Source: Minisyncoccota bacterium
Lineage (GTDB): Bacteria; Patescibacteriota; Minisyncoccia; Phycocordibacterales; SBAW01
DNA length: 64,000 bases
Reading direction: 5' to 3'
Assembly: GCA_035549255.1 (NCBI GenBank)
Contig: DASZRD010000007.1
Coordinates: forward strand, 65,104 to 129,103
This document shows positions 1 to 9,575 of the stretch, piece after piece (the stretch's first letter is position 1; every line of letters starts with the position of its first letter). Position numbers and translations under genes: made by a program. Under the pieces are notes generated by a model. That model ran no database searches. It worked only from the letters and a program-made list of their open reading frames with translations, and was not told where the DNA came from.

Positions 1-353
1 ACCGCGAAGCCGGCCAGCGCCGCGGCGAGAGACAGCGCCGGCACATAGAGGCCGAAGACTATCCCGCCCGCGAGGCCCAGCACGAGCGCGTAGGCCGCAG
101 CACTCTCGCGCGAGACCTTGCCTGTCACGGTCGCGCGGTCCTTCGTGCGCGCCATGCGCGCGTCGATCTCGCGGTCGTAGATATTATTGAGCACGCACGC
201 GCTCCCGACGACGAGCGAGAGGCCGATGAGCATCGCGAGGAATACGAGCCAGTCGATATGGCCCTTGGCAGCAAAGAAGAACCCCGCGGCCGCGACAAGC
301 GCATTGCCGTAGATAATCCCCGGTTTAGTCAGCTCGTAATAGGCCTTAATCAT
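1..353 (-). CDS. cyoE: protoheme IX farnesyltransferase (heme O synthase), N-terminal part; runs off the window edge
   Basis: Minus-strand translation from an ATG overlapping the cyoD stop gives MIKAYYELTKPGIIYGNALVAAAGFFFAAKG...NNIYDREIDARMARTKDRA, typical of UbiA-family CyoE/CtaB. It sits last in the cyoABCDE order. Confidence 0.8.
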   Translation of the reverse strand, partial: MIKAYYELTKPGIIYGNALVAAAGFFFAAKGHIDWLVFLAMLIGLSLVVGSACVLNNIYDREIDARMARTKDRATVTGKVSRESAAAYALVLGLAGGIVFGLYVPALSLAAALAGFA

Positions 354-718
354 CAATCGTTCTCCGCCTGCGGCGTGATCGTGCCGCCAATGTACGTCTG
401 ATTGATGGAATCGTCCATCTGCATATTGGCGCTCAAGTTCTGCATGATCCAAAGCGTGCCACCGACCAATATGCAGACGACGATGAGCGCCAAAAAGAGC
501 GACGGCAGGTTGGAGCGATTGTCCTTCTCTCCCACATGGAGGAAGAAGATGAGCTGCACGGCAAGCTGTATTAGTGCGAAGATCGCAAATGCTATACCAA
601 GTTCAAGATGCGTCGGGAATCGGTGGTGGTTGTAGACATGGAGCCAGAGTAAAGCCGGCGCCGCGACGGTGAGCAGCACACACAGGATATATCCGATGAT
701 GTATGAGCGCAGAGTCAT
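353..718 (-). CDS. cyoD: cytochrome o ubiquinol oxidase subunit IV
   Basis: 121 aa with three TM helices, and matches the CyoD family. Its start overlaps the cyoC stop (ATGA). Confidence 0.85.
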   Translation of the reverse strand: MTLRSYIIGYILCVLLTVAAPALLWLHVYNHHRFPTHLELGIAFAIFALIQLAVQLIFFLHVGEKDNRSNLPSLFLALIVVCILVGGTLWIMQNLSANMQMDDSINQTYIGGTITPQAEND

Positions 719-1278
719 AACGCGGCGAAGAGGTACACGATCGTAAAGATGAATATCCAGATGAGGTCGAGGAAGTGCCAGAAGAGCGCCAGGCAGGTCA
801 ATTTGCGGTTGGTACTTTCGTTAAGCCCGCGCACGGCGACGTGCGCCATGACGACCAGCATCCAGACAGTGCCGAAGAGGACGTGGAGCCCGTGCGTGCC
901 GACGAGCGTGAAGAAGGATGACAACGCGGCGGAGGCGTTAGGGCCGTTATTTTCATATATGAGTTTGCCGAACTCGGATACTTCCATCCCGAGGAACGAG
1001 AACCCGAGGGCGAGCGTCGCCGCCAGGAATGCAAGCGTGAGCAGCCGATTATTCGCGCGCGCGAAGAGGAGCGAGAGGCCGATGGTGAGGCTCGAGGTTA
1101 AAAGGAGCATCGTTTCGGTGAGTACAAACGGGATATCAAGAAAGTCCCCTACCCCTGCGGCGCCGAAGGTGGCGCCGCGCAGCACCGCAAAGGTGGCGAA
1201 GAGGCCTGCGAAGAGGACGCAATCGCTCATGAGGTAGAGCCAGAAGCCGAAGGTTACTTTTGGAGTTTCTGCGTTCAT
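715..1278 (-). CDS. cyoC: cytochrome o ubiquinol oxidase subunit III
   Basis: 187 aa polytopic membrane protein with clear similarity to heme-copper oxidase subunit III (CyoC). Overlaps cyoB and cyoD. Confidence 0.9.
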   Translation of the reverse strand: MNAETPKVTFGFWLYLMSDCVLFAGLFATFAVLRGATFGAAGVGDFLDIPFVLTETMLLLTSSLTIGLSLLFARANNRLLTLAFLAATLALGFSFLGMEVSEFGKLIYENNGPNASAALSSFFTLVGTHGLHVLFGTVWMLVVMAHVAVRGLNESTNRKLTCLALFWHFLDLIWIFIFTIVYLFAAL

Positions 1279-3230
1279 GACTGTTTATAGGACGCTTCGA
1301 TGCGTGCCACCTCGCTGGAGGGGATCACATGCTCGATATGAGTACTCAGCGAGCGCGCAATAATGATAGCGATAATAATCGGCAGCGAAATCCCCGCAAG
1401 CCACCAAATGTGCCAGATCATAGCGAAGCCGAATGCTCCTGCGACGACGGCGATGACGAACCCGAGCGGCGTGTCGGTCGGCATGTGGATGTCTTCATAG
1501 GAGCCCTTCTGGAAAGATGTTCCTTCTTTTTTCATAATCCAGAACGCATCGCGGCCCGCCACCTGCGGAATATGCGCGAAGTTGTACGGCGGCGGGGGCG
1601 AGTGCGTCGCCCACTCGAGCGTGCGGCCATTCCACGGGTCGCCGCCCGCCGCGAGGCGCTCGCGATTGCGGATGCTCACGATCAGCTGGATGACCTGGAA
1701 GAGCACCCCGAGCCCGATGATGCAGGCACCGAGCGCGGCAACCACGAGCAAGGGGTGCCAGCCCATGGAGGGGTCGATCGTGTCGAGGCGGCGCGTCATG
1801 CCCATGATGCCGAGCGCGTAAAGCGGCATGAAGGCCGTGAGGAAGCCGATCACCCACGCCCAGAACGCGCGCTTGCCCCACGCTTCGTCGAGCCTGAAGC
1901 CCGCGAACTTGGGGAACCAGTACGAGATTCCCGCGAAGAAGCCGAAGAGCACGCCGCCGATCACCATGTTATGGAAGTGCGCCACGAGGAACTCGCTGTT
2001 GTGGAGCTCGAAGTCGGCGCCCGGCACCGCCATGAGCACGCCGGTCATGCCGCCGATGATGAAGGTCGAGATGAACCCCATGAACCAGAGCATCGGGGTC
2101 GAGAAGATGATCCTTCCCCGGAACATCGTGAAGAGCCAGTTGAATACCTTGACACCCGTCGGGATCGCGATCACCATCGTCATGATGCCGAAGAAAGCGT
2201 TTACGTCCGCACCCGCGCCCATAGTGAAGAAGTGGTGCACCCATACGACAAAGGAGAAGAAGACGATGCACATCGTCGCGATGACCATCGAGGTATAGCC
2301 GAAGAGCCGCTTTTGCGAGAATACGGGCACGAGCTCGGAGAAGAGGCCGAAGGCGGGCAGTATCAATATATAGACCTCCGGGTGGCCCCAGGCCCAGATG
2401 AGGTTGACGTACATCATGACGTTGCCGCCGAGGTCGGTCGTAAAGAAGTGCATGCCGAGCAGGCGGTCGAGGCTGAGCTCGCCGAGGGTCACCGTAAGGA
2501 TCGGGAATGCGAACACGACGAGGAGCATGGAGCCCAGAGCGGTCCAGACGAATATCGGCATCTGCATGAGCTTCATCCCCGGCGCGCGCATCTTGAGGAT
2601 GGTCGTGATGAAATTGATCCCGGCCATGAGCGTACCCGCGCCCGCGATCTGGAGCGCCCAGATCCAGTAATCGACGCCGACTCCCGGGCTGTATTGCAGC
2701 TCCGAGAGCGGCGGATATGCGAGCCAGCCGGTCGCGGCGAACTCCCCTGCCACGAGCGAGAAATTGATGAGCATCGCGGCAGCGGCCGTGAGCCAGAAGG
2801 AAACCGAGTTGAGGAATGGGAAGGCCACGTCGCGCGCGCCGATCTGGAGCGGCACCACGAGGTTGAGAAGGCCGAACATCATCGGCATCGCGACGAAGAA
2901 GATCATGATGACGCCATGCGCGGTGAATATCTGCGCGTAATGGTCGGCCGCGAGATAGCCGGTGCCGGGGCCCATACTGATGGCCTGCTGCGCGCGCATC
3001 ATCGCCGCGTCGGCGCCGCCCCGGAAGAGCATGATGAACGCAAGCACGAGGTACATGATACCGATCTTCTTGGCGTCGACGGTGACGATCCACTCGCGAT
3101 AGAGCTTCCCCCACGCCTTGAAGTACGTAATGAGGAGCACGGCGAAGACTCCGCCGCCGACCACCATAAGCTCGGGGATGGTCTCGATCGGCCCGTGTAT
3201 GAAAGATTGAAACGTCAGTAAGCCAAACAT
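1275..3230 (-). CDS. cyoB: cytochrome o ubiquinol oxidase subunit I
   Basis: 651 aa heme-copper oxidase subunit I with the motifs ...[14 protein letters not shown]... and HFHNMVIGG. Confidence 0.93.
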   Translation of the reverse strand: MFGLLTFQSFIHGPIETIPELMVVGGGVFAVLLITYFKAWGKLYREWIVTVDAKKIGIMYLVLAFIMLFRGGADAAMMRAQQAISMGPGTGYLAADHYAQIFTAHGVIMIFFVAMPMMFGLLNLVVPLQIGARDVAFPFLNSVSFWLTAAAAMLINFSLVAGEFAATGWLAYPPLSELQYSPGVGVDYWIWALQIAGAGTLMAGINFITTILKMRAPGMKLMQMPIFVWTALGSMLLVVFAFPILTVTLGELSLDRLLGMHFFTTDLGGNVMMYVNLIWAWGHPEVYILILPAFGLFSELVPVFSQKRLFGYTSMVIATMCIVFFSFVVWVHHFFTMGAGADVNAFFGIMTMVIAIPTGVKVFNWLFTMFRGRIIFSTPMLWFMGFISTFIIGGMTGVLMAVPGADFELHNSEFLVAHFHNMVIGGVLFGFFAGISYWFPKFAGFRLDEAWGKRAFWAWVIGFLTAFMPLYALGIMGMTRRLDTIDPSMGWHPLLVVAALGACIIGLGVLFQVIQLIVSIRNRERLAAGGDPWNGRTLEWATHSPPPPYNFAHIPQVAGRDAFWIMKKEGTSFQKGSYEDIHMPTDTPLGFVIAVVAGAFGFAMIWHIWWLAGISLPIIIAIIIARSLSTHIEHVIPSSEVARIEASYKQS

Positions 3231-3231
3231 A

Positions 3232-4086
3232 TTACATGCGCATGCCGGGCATCGAGCTCATGTCTGTCCCCGGCACGCTCGGGGGCGACATGAATTGCAT
3301 AAGTATTTTATCGTACAGATCGTCGGCCACGCTTGCGTAGGAAAACGGTGCATCGATAGTACCAGGCTGCGCCAGAGATTGATAAGTCGGATAATTGAGC
3401 GCCATGACTCCTTCCTTGGTTTGGGCCACCCACGAGTCGAAGTCGCCCTGCGGCACGGCCGTGGCCTTGAAGCCCATCGAAGCGAAGCCGTCGCCGCTAT
3501 AGTTGGACGAATAGCCGCTATAGGTGCCCGGCGAGGACGCCATAAGGTTAAGCGTCGTTACCATGCCGCTCATGGCATAGATCTGCCCGCCCAATTGCGG
3601 GATCCAAAACGAGTTCATCGGCGCGTCGGCGGTGACCTTGAAGGTGATTGGGGTACCGACCGGGATCGTAAGGCCGCCCACTGTGGCAATCCCCTGCTCA
3701 GGGTAGATAAAGAGCCACTTCCACGGCAGCGCTACCACCTCGATCGTCATGCCCGGCGTATCGGAGGCGATGGGGTTGGGCGGGTTGAGCTCGTGAGTGC
3801 TCGTCCACGTGAGCGCCGCAAGCACCAGCACGATCTCGAGCGGTATCGCCCACCAGACAAGCTCGTCCATCTTGGAGTGCTCCCACTCGGGCATGTACTT
3901 CGCAGACGTGTTGCTCGCGCGGTATTTCCACGCAAAGAAAAAGATAAGGATGTAGACCGGCACCGCCACAATGAGCATAAGCTCAATCGTGTGGAGCATC
4001 AGCCCGCGCTCCGCTGTCCCGATAGGGCCCTGAGGATTGAGCATTACGAAAGTACCGGGCCAGTTCATGCTTTCATCATACCGCAT
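3232..4086 (-). CDS. cyoA: cytochrome o ubiquinol oxidase subunit II
   Basis: 284 aa with N-terminal TM helices plus a periplasmic cupredoxin-like domain lacking the CuA ligands, as in quinol oxidases. First gene of the operon. Confidence 0.88.
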   Translation of the reverse strand: MRYDESMNWPGTFVMLNPQGPIGTAERGLMLHTIELMLIVAVPVYILIFFFAWKYRASNTSAKYMPEWEHSKMDELVWWAIPLEIVLVLAALTWTSTHELNPPNPIASDTPGMTIEVVALPWKWLFIYPEQGIATVGGLTIPVGTPITFKVTADAPMNSFWIPQLGGQIYAMSGMVTTLNLMASSPGTYSGYSSNYSGDGFASMGFKATAVPQGDFDSWVAQTKEGVMALNYPTYQSLAQPGTIDAPFSYASVADDLYDKILMQFMSPPSVPGTDMSSMPGMRM

Positions 4087-4089
4087 CTC

Positions 4090-4125
4090 GGATAAAAAAG
4101 CCGTCCCTCCGAAGAGAGACGACTT
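4090..4125 (-). terminator. hairpin plus T-tract downstream of the HD hydrolase gene, immediately upstream of cyoA
   Basis: Minus-strand sequence AAGTCGTCTCTCTTCGGAGGGACGGCTTTTTTAT: a stem with one mismatch followed by a U-run. Confidence 0.4.
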
Positions 4126-4131
4126 GATGCC

Positions 4132-4701
4132 TTAGACAGCAGATTTCGGATAGATCCGATCCGCAGCCTTATAGGCCTTGCAGAACTCGACGTAGAGAAC
4201 CGGGCTCGCATCTTTGCATTCCTCGGCAATAAGCCGGGCCCCGTCGATGTAGTCGCGGCACTTCTGTGGCGTCCAGTCGACCGGAGGATCACTGGTGACC
4301 GACCGAACGTTCGAAGTCTGATCGGCAAGCTTCACCAGCTTGACGCTTTTATCTTTGTGAACGACACGCTGTGCTTGGAGCGTCTTACGCTCCAGTGTCG
4401 GCATGCCTGTGAAGTGCGGCGGGTCGGTGAGACCGTCAACCGTGTGCGCAACCTCCGCACCGAAGATCACTCTTATTTCCTCAAGAGTCGTCGAGGTATC
4501 TTCGACCGTATCGTGCAGCCACGCCGCCGCGATCTCCCATGGTGTACCGCCTGCCGCTTCAACAAGATCGGCCACATCTTTCAGATGAGTCCAGTAAGGA
4601 TCTTGTGCCTTGTTGGGCCGTTTGAGGCCTTCATGCGCCTTCTTAGCAAATTCGCGTGCAGCGGCGACCATCTCTTCTGCTTGCGACTGTTGTCCTCGCA
4701 T
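4132..4701 (-). CDS. HD-domain (p)ppGpp hydrolase-like protein (small alarmone hydrolase-like, HD_4)
   Basis: 189 aa with the motif HLKDVA...AAWLHDTVEDT...EEIRVIFGAEVAHTVDGLT, typical of the RelA/SpoT hydrolase HD domain. An AGGAGAA RBS sits 5 nt upstream of the ATG. Confidence 0.7.
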   Translation of the reverse strand: MRGQQSQAEEMVAAAREFAKKAHEGLKRPNKAQDPYWTHLKDVADLVEAAGGTPWEIAAAWLHDTVEDTSTTLEEIRVIFGAEVAHTVDGLTDPPHFTGMPTLERKTLQAQRVVHKDKSVKLVKLADQTSNVRSVTSDPPVDWTPQKCRDYIDGARLIAEECKDASPVLYVEFCKAYKAADRIYPKSAV

Positions 4702-4912
4702 TGAGGTTCTCCTGTGGTTGGTGTCCGATATTAAAATAGCACACTTTTATAGAAAAGTAAAAACTTATCGTTTTCGTGGCTACGACTCAAAATCTGCAGA
4801 TTTCCTGTCTTTTGTGGACCTGGCGAGAATCGGACTCGCGACTCGGCAATGCGAATGCCGCGTAATACCACTTTACTACAGGCCCTTGTCCAAAATTCCG
4901 TGACGGCCGGAG

Positions 4913-4983
4913 TCGGGGTGCCGAGAATCGAACTCGGATCTTACGCACCCGAAGCGTACATAATACCATTATACGACACCCCG
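4913..4983 (-). tRNA. tRNA-Pro (anticodon CGG)
   Basis: Perfect acceptor stem (CGGGGTG/CACCCCG), anticodon stem-loop (TACGC-TTCGGGT-GCGTA) and T arm (CCGAG-TTCGATT-CTCGG). The D-arm is atypical and AT-rich. No encoded CCA. Both flanks extend the acceptor stem by another 8 bp. Confidence 0.6.
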
Positions 4984-5346
4984 ACTCCGGCAACCACGAA
5001 AATCTTTGCTACTATAGCCCGAAAAATAAAAGAGGTCGAGCACGCTAATGCTCAACCTCATGGCGCTGGGAGAGTCTCAGGAGACTCTCAATTCGGGGGA
5101 TGTTGGTTGCTTGGGAATGCGCTTGCGGTCGGGCGGGCGCCTCAATGCCTCATCAAAGGCCCGCTGGCTCGAGCAATCAGGATCTTCGCAGATCCACTTC
5201 GCTCCAACAGGTATCCGTACTCTTCCACAATCGCACAGCCAGTGTTTTCTTTCCGACACGGTTCTTTCTCCGCATTTGCCAATCCGCCCCGTGCGCATTG
5301 GCTGTACAAAACTATACTCCAAAAAATATTTTTGTCGACTAGGATG

Positions 5347-5420
5347 TGCACCCTGGAAGGCTCGAACTCCCGACCTCGCCCGTGTGAAGGGCGCGCTCTA
5401 ACCAACTGAGCTAAGGGTGC
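5347..5420 (-). tRNA. tRNA-Val (anticodon CAC)
   Basis: Hand-folded cloverleaf: acceptor GCACCCT/AGGGTGC, D-stem GCTC/GAGC, anticodon loop TTCACAC, T-loop TTCGAGC. No encoded CCA. Confidence 0.8.
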
Positions 5421-5503
5421 CTTGGCCCGCCAAGGCGGACGTGCGCCCATACTACCGCACCTTCAGGTTTATTTCACGCAGGAAGTAGACTATTATTTAG
5501 TAT

Positions 5504-6013
5504 ATGCGCGGACAAACAAGCACGATCGTTGCAGTCATTATCATCATTATCCTTGTTCTCTTTGGCGCGTGGTGGATCTTCCTGGGCCCCGGCTCCTCGC
5601 CTTCAGTGCCGAGCGCCGCGGGCAATGCCGCGGATGAGGCCGCCGTGCGGCAGACAGTGACGAGCTTCGGCTCTCAGCTCCAGATGGTGTCGCTCATGGC
5701 AAGCACGAGCATCGTTGCCGATGCCATCGGCCAGTATTATGGCCCGTATGTCGACCCGACCTTGCTGCAGAGTTGGGAGGCCGACCCTACCAGCGCCCCG
5801 GGGCGAGAGACTTCGAGCCCGTGGCCCGACCATATCGACATCACCTCGCTCGTGAATAACCCCGACGGCAGCTACACCGTGCAGGGCAGCGTCGCCGAGG
5901 AGGCGAACGGCGCCCAAGGCACCACCACGGTCGACTCTTACCCTGTCTCCATGAATGTTGAGAACAGCGGCGGCGTGTGGCTGATCTCGAGCTATGCGCG
6001 CACGGATCAGTAA
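5504..6013 (+). CDS. hypothetical N-terminally membrane-anchored secreted protein
   Basis: 169 aa. An Ile/Val-rich TM helix (TIVAVIIIIILVLFGAWWIF) is followed by a Ser/Ala-rich linker. The N-terminus is paralogous to the ORF at 26957. Confidence 0.5.
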   Translation: MRGQTSTIVAVIIIIILVLFGAWWIFLGPGSSPSVPSAAGNAADEAAVRQTVTSFGSQLQMVSLMASTSIVADAIGQYYGPYVDPTLLQSWEADPTSAPGRETSSPWPDHIDITSLVNNPDGSYTVQGSVAEEANGAQGTTTVDSYPVSMNVENSGGVWLISSYARTDQ

Positions 6014-6084
6014 GCGGTTGACTTCTCTCGAAGTGAAAGGTTAAATAGCGACGGAAAGTCATTGGCACGCCAGAGGAGGTTCCG

Positions 6085-6717
6085 ATGCCGAATCGCGCTC
6101 CCTTCAACGAAGATGAAAGTCGGGTAGTTCTTGGCGCGCTTGCGCCGTATTACTTCACGACCTTCTATTGCAACGAATACAAGGAGGAGAGCGGCTCCTT
6201 CTTCCAGTTCGCCGGCCTGCCCAGGCTCGCTTTTGGCTCGGTGACTACAGCGCTGGAGGAGCGGGCGCGCGCAAGCGCCGACCAGATACGGATTTACTGC
6301 ATTCCGAGGTCCAGCCAAAGCTACGAGTATTTCGTCATCGCAGCCAACAGCAAGAACTACAGTGGCGAGCTGCTCTACGGCTACGGCGACAATCTCGCGC
6401 TTCCGCTTTCCGACCATATTCTCAAGCGCGCGGAGCTCGAAGCGCTGAAAGCGTGGTCGTGGAGGAGATATATCCGGTCGCAAGGAAAATACCCCTTCCT
6501 CATCTTCCTAGCATGGTCTGCAGTAATCATGTTCTCAGCGGACATGTACCTCACGCATGGAAGCGGCGGATGGGGCGAGTGGCTCTTCGCGGGCATACTC
6601 CTGATCGTGGGTGTCACGGGCCTCTGGGATATCCTGATAACCCAGCCCAAGACTCTTGCCGCCGAAAAAGCCCTGCTCAACAGCGCACTCATCAAGCTCG
6701 CAAAAAGTTCGCCGTAA
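6085..6717 (+). CDS. hypothetical membrane protein (two C-terminal TM helices)
   Basis: 210 aa ORF followed by a terminator hairpin. No recognisable domain. Confidence 0.45.
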   Translation: MPNRAPFNEDESRVVLGALAPYYFTTFYCNEYKEESGSFFQFAGLPRLAFGSVTTALEERARASADQIRIYCIPRSSQSYEYFVIAANSKNYSGELLYGYGDNLALPLSDHILKRAELEALKAWSWRRYIRSQGKYPFLIFLAWSAVIMFSADMYLTHGSGGWGEWLFAGILLIVGVTGLWDILITQPKTLAAEKALLNSALIKLAKSSP

Positions 6718-6721
6718 CGGC

Positions 6722-6757
6722 CGTGCCCTCTCTCTAGAGAGGGGGCGCTTTTCTATA
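6722..6757. terminator. bidirectional hairpin terminator
   Basis: GCCCTCTCTCTAGAGAGGGGGC followed by GCTTTTCTAT, lying between the ORF ending at 6717 and tRNA-Ala. Confidence 0.45.
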
Positions 6758-6760
6758 GTG

Positions 6761-6833
6761 TGGACCCAACCGGGATCGAACCGGTCACCTCCTCATTGCA
6801 AATGAGGCGCTCTACCAAATGAGCTATGGGCCC
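6761..6833 (-). tRNA. tRNA-Ala (anticodon TGC)
   Basis: Acceptor GGGCCCA with the G3:U70 Ala identity pair, anticodon loop TTTGCAA and discriminator A73. No encoded CCA. Confidence 0.85.
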
Positions 6834-6867
6834 AGCCAAAAGTTGCCAAGAACATCTTATTAAAACA

Positions 6868-7203
6868 TTATTTGCTTATTTCGTCTATCTTCGCCGCGAC
6901 GATGAAATCGTTCTCCGAGAGGCCGTCGATCGCGTGCGTGGTGAGCTCGACGCCGACGTCGCCGTAGGAGACGGTCATATCGGGATGATGGCCTTCTTCC
7001 TCGGCGATGGCCGCGACCTTGTTAACAAACTCCATCGTCTTCTTGAAATCCTTGAAGTGGAAGCTGCGCGCCAGTAGATGCCCCTCATCTATGAGCGCCC
7101 ACTCGGGGTTAAGCTCGGGCATGAGCTTCTGCGCCTCGTCATGCGGCATGGGCTTGGTGCCGCCTTCGCACGGCACACACTTTTTCTTGGCGAGATTACT
7201 CAT
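6868..7203 (-). CDS. 4a-hydroxytetrahydrobiopterin (pterin-4a-carbinolamine) dehydratase
   Basis: The sequence MSNLAKKKCVPCEGGTKPM...EGHHPDMTVSYGDVGVELTTH is a clear PCD/DCoH family match. The start was moved to the internal ATG, which overlaps the ddl stop by 8 nt. Confidence 0.8.
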   Translation of the reverse strand: MSNLAKKKCVPCEGGTKPMPHDEAQKLMPELNPEWALIDEGHLLARSFHFKDFKKTMEFVNKVAAIAEEEGHHPDMTVSYGDVGVELTTHAIDGLSENDFIVAAKIDEISK

Positions 7204-8197
7204 GGGAGACCGATAATAGCGTGCGCTTGCCGTCCTTGGCAAGGGTGACGACATGGTCGAGGAAGTGCGTGAGGCTGCTCCCTACCGCTGCGACTGCCTT
7301 GGGCAGGAGCGACTCGGCAGTAAGGCCAGGGAGCGTATTGACCTCGAGGAAATAGATCCCGCGGCGCGAAAGGATAAAGTCCGAGCGCGAATAATGCGAG
7401 AGGCCAAGGCCCTCATGTACGGCCTTGGCAAGCCGGATCAGCTCCTCCTTCTCGACAGCGGTGAAGTTGCCCGGCACGCGCTCGATCGTTTCGCCGCTGT
7501 ACTTTGCATGATAGTCGAAGAACGGCCTTGAAGCGGGCGGGATGATCTCGATCGGGAAAAGCGCGTAGGTCTTCTCTCCCCTGAAGTTGTCGATCACGCC
7601 CACGGTCGCCTCGCGGCCGCGGATGAATTCCTCGACAAGCACCTGTTCGGAAACTTTAAACGCTTCCTCGAGCGCGGATACGAGCATGTGGTAACTGTTT
7701 ACGATGGTCGTCGCGACTGATGAGCCACCGATCGCCGGCTTCACGACGACCGGGTGCGGGAACGATCTGAAGATAGCAAGCGCGAGCGCTTCCGTGTCGC
7801 CGTGAGCATCGCCGCGGCTCACCAGGATCGACCGCGGCGTCTTGATGTCGAATTTCTTTACGGCTTGCTTGGTGCGAGCTTTGTTGAACGCGAGCGCCGA
7901 TGCTGCGGCCCCCGAGCCGGTGTAGGGCACCGCCAGCGCGTCGAGTACCTTTTGCACTTCCCCGTCCTCGCCGTAGTGGCCGTGCATCGCATTGAGCACG
8001 ACATCGACGCCGCGTAATGCCTGCTCGGGCGACACGGCGACGCCGCGCGCGTGCCATTGGCCCGAGCGGTCGATAAAGATATCTCGCGGTTCGTATTTCG
8101 CGGTATCGAGCGCGCCGAGGACCGACGCGCCGCTTTTAAGCGACACCTCGTATTCGCTCGAAGGCCCGCCGCGAAGTACGCCGACCACGGTTCTCAT
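7196..8197 (-). CDS. ddl: D-alanine--D-alanine ligase
   Basis: 333 aa with an ATP-grasp fold and the N-terminal sequence MRTVVGVLRGGPSSEYEVSLKSG. Confidence 0.9.
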   Translation of the reverse strand: MRTVVGVLRGGPSSEYEVSLKSGASVLGALDTAKYEPRDIFIDRSGQWHARGVAVSPEQALRGVDVVLNAMHGHYGEDGEVQKVLDALAVPYTGSGAAASALAFNKARTKQAVKKFDIKTPRSILVSRGDAHGDTEALALAIFRSFPHPVVVKPAIGGSSVATTIVNSYHMLVSALEEAFKVSEQVLVEEFIRGREATVGVIDNFRGEKTYALFPIEIIPPASRPFFDYHAKYSGETIERVPGNFTAVEKEELIRLAKAVHEGLGLSHYSRSDFILSRRGIYFLEVNTLPGLTAESLLPKAVAAVGSSLTHFLDHVVTLAKDGKRTLLSVSHE

Positions 8198-8219
8198 GTA
8201 TACAGTATAACGCGCTTAT

Positions 8220-9503
8220 TTACTGGATGGTTGGCTCCGTCCAGGGGCGGTGCTTGAATTGCGCACGCGAGGTCTTGCGATGGTAGCCGATCGCAAAGCG
8301 GTGCGCCTCGGCATTGGCAAGGAGTATGTCGCGCTCGCGGCCCGAGATCAGTTCGCGGTCGCCGCGGATGTCGCGCGGGCGGTGCTTCTCATCCTTCACC
8401 ACACCCACGACCGGGATCGTCATGCCGTATTCCTCAAGCACTTTCTCTGCGGCGTTGATCTGTGCAGTCGAGCCATCGACCGCAATGAGCCGCGGCAGGG
8501 GCCATTCCTCGTGATTGAGGCGCCGCGCCAGCACCTCACGCAGCCCGCCCACATCGTCGCCAGGGCTGGCGGTGCGGATGCGGAATTTGCGATAATCGTT
8601 CTTCTGCGCCTCGCCATCCTCAACGACCGTCATAACGCCGACGTTCGATGTCCCGTGCAGGTGCGCCATATCGTACGCCTCGATGCGCGTAACGCCGAGC
8701 GTCAGCTTGGGCTTGCGATACTCTTCCTTGATAAGCGAGACGTCCTGGATGTGCTCGAGCGCAAATACCTGGCTGCGCAGGCGTGCCGCTTCCTCGAAGC
8801 GCTCTTCCTTGGCGGCCGCTTTCATCTCACGCTCGAGCGATTTGAGGAGTTCTTTTTTGTGGCCCTCGAAAAGGAGCACGAGGTGCTTAATGATGCGGCG
8901 ATATTCCTCCTTCCCCATTTCGCCGGTGCAGACGCCCGGGCAGAGCCCCAAGTGCGCGTTGAAGCAGGCTTTCGGCTTCTTGCCCTGCGCAATCATCTCT
9001 TCAGCAGGAACGCAGATGTCGCGGTACGGAAAGATCTTGCGGATGAGCTTCATTGCCGCGCGCAGCTGCAGCCCCTGCGGGAACGGGCCAAAGGTATAGG
9101 CGCGCGCTTTTTCGGGGAATTCTTCGTCAAGATTCTTGCCGCGCACGACAACCACGCGTGGATAATCTTCTTTCGTGATAACGACGTAATTGAAGCTCTT
9201 GTCGTCCTTGAGGAGCGTGTTGTAGGCAGGCTGGTGCGAGCGGATAAGGTTGGCTTCGAGTATGAGCGCTTCGAGCACCGAGTCGGTAGCCTTCCACTCA
9301 ACCGACTTGGCAAGTGAGAGCATCTCAACCAGGAGCGGCCCGCGGGTCGCAATAAGGTCATTGGCAAAATAGCTCCGCACGCGGTCGCGGAGGCTGGTCG
9401 CCTTGCCGATATAAAACACCTCCTTTCGGGGGCCCAAAAAGTAGTACACCCCTGGGCTGTCGGGCATCTCTTTTTTCAGCTGATTGTAGTCGTCGAGCGT
9501 CAT
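8220..9503 (-). CDS. uvrC: excinuclease ABC subunit C (short form, 427 aa)
   Basis: N-terminal GIY-YIG domain (GVYYFLGPRKEVFYIGKATSLRDRVRSYF) plus UvrC homology regions. It is shorter than the usual ~600 aa, so the C-terminal HhH region is probably reduced. Confidence 0.85.
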   Translation of the reverse strand: MTLDDYNQLKKEMPDSPGVYYFLGPRKEVFYIGKATSLRDRVRSYFANDLIATRGPLLVEMLSLAKSVEWKATDSVLEALILEANLIRSHQPAYNTLLKDDKSFNYVVITKEDYPRVVVVRGKNLDEEFPEKARAYTFGPFPQGLQLRAAMKLIRKIFPYRDICVPAEEMIAQGKKPKACFNAHLGLCPGVCTGEMGKEEYRRIIKHLVLLFEGHKKELLKSLEREMKAAAKEERFEEAARLRSQVFALEHIQDVSLIKEEYRKPKLTLGVTRIEAYDMAHLHGTSNVGVMTVVEDGEAQKNDYRKFRIRTASPGDDVGGLREVLARRLNHEEWPLPRLIAVDGSTAQINAAEKVLEEYGMTIPVVGVVKDEKHRPRDIRGDRELISGRERDILLANAEAHRFAIGYHRKTSRAQFKHRPWTEPTIQ

Positions 9504-9575
9504 TGCTTTGACATTATATCATATTCATGATAAAAAGTTTTCCAGCCGCTTCAGAGAACTTTCAGGGAGACAGCC

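Noticed and set aside
1329-3221. 630-aa plus-strand ORF, and 381-aa and 128-aa minus-strand ORFs, overlapping cyoB
   Set aside because: Arg/Glu/His/Asp-rich low-complexity translations antisense or out-of-frame to a strongly supported cyoB. Typical high-GC ORF artefacts.
5040-5340. SRP RNA, 6S RNA or RNase P in the tRNA-Val/tRNA-Pro spacer
   Set aside because: No GGAA-tetraloop SRP domain IV motif or other hallmark found. Structure is present but unassignable without covariance-model searches.
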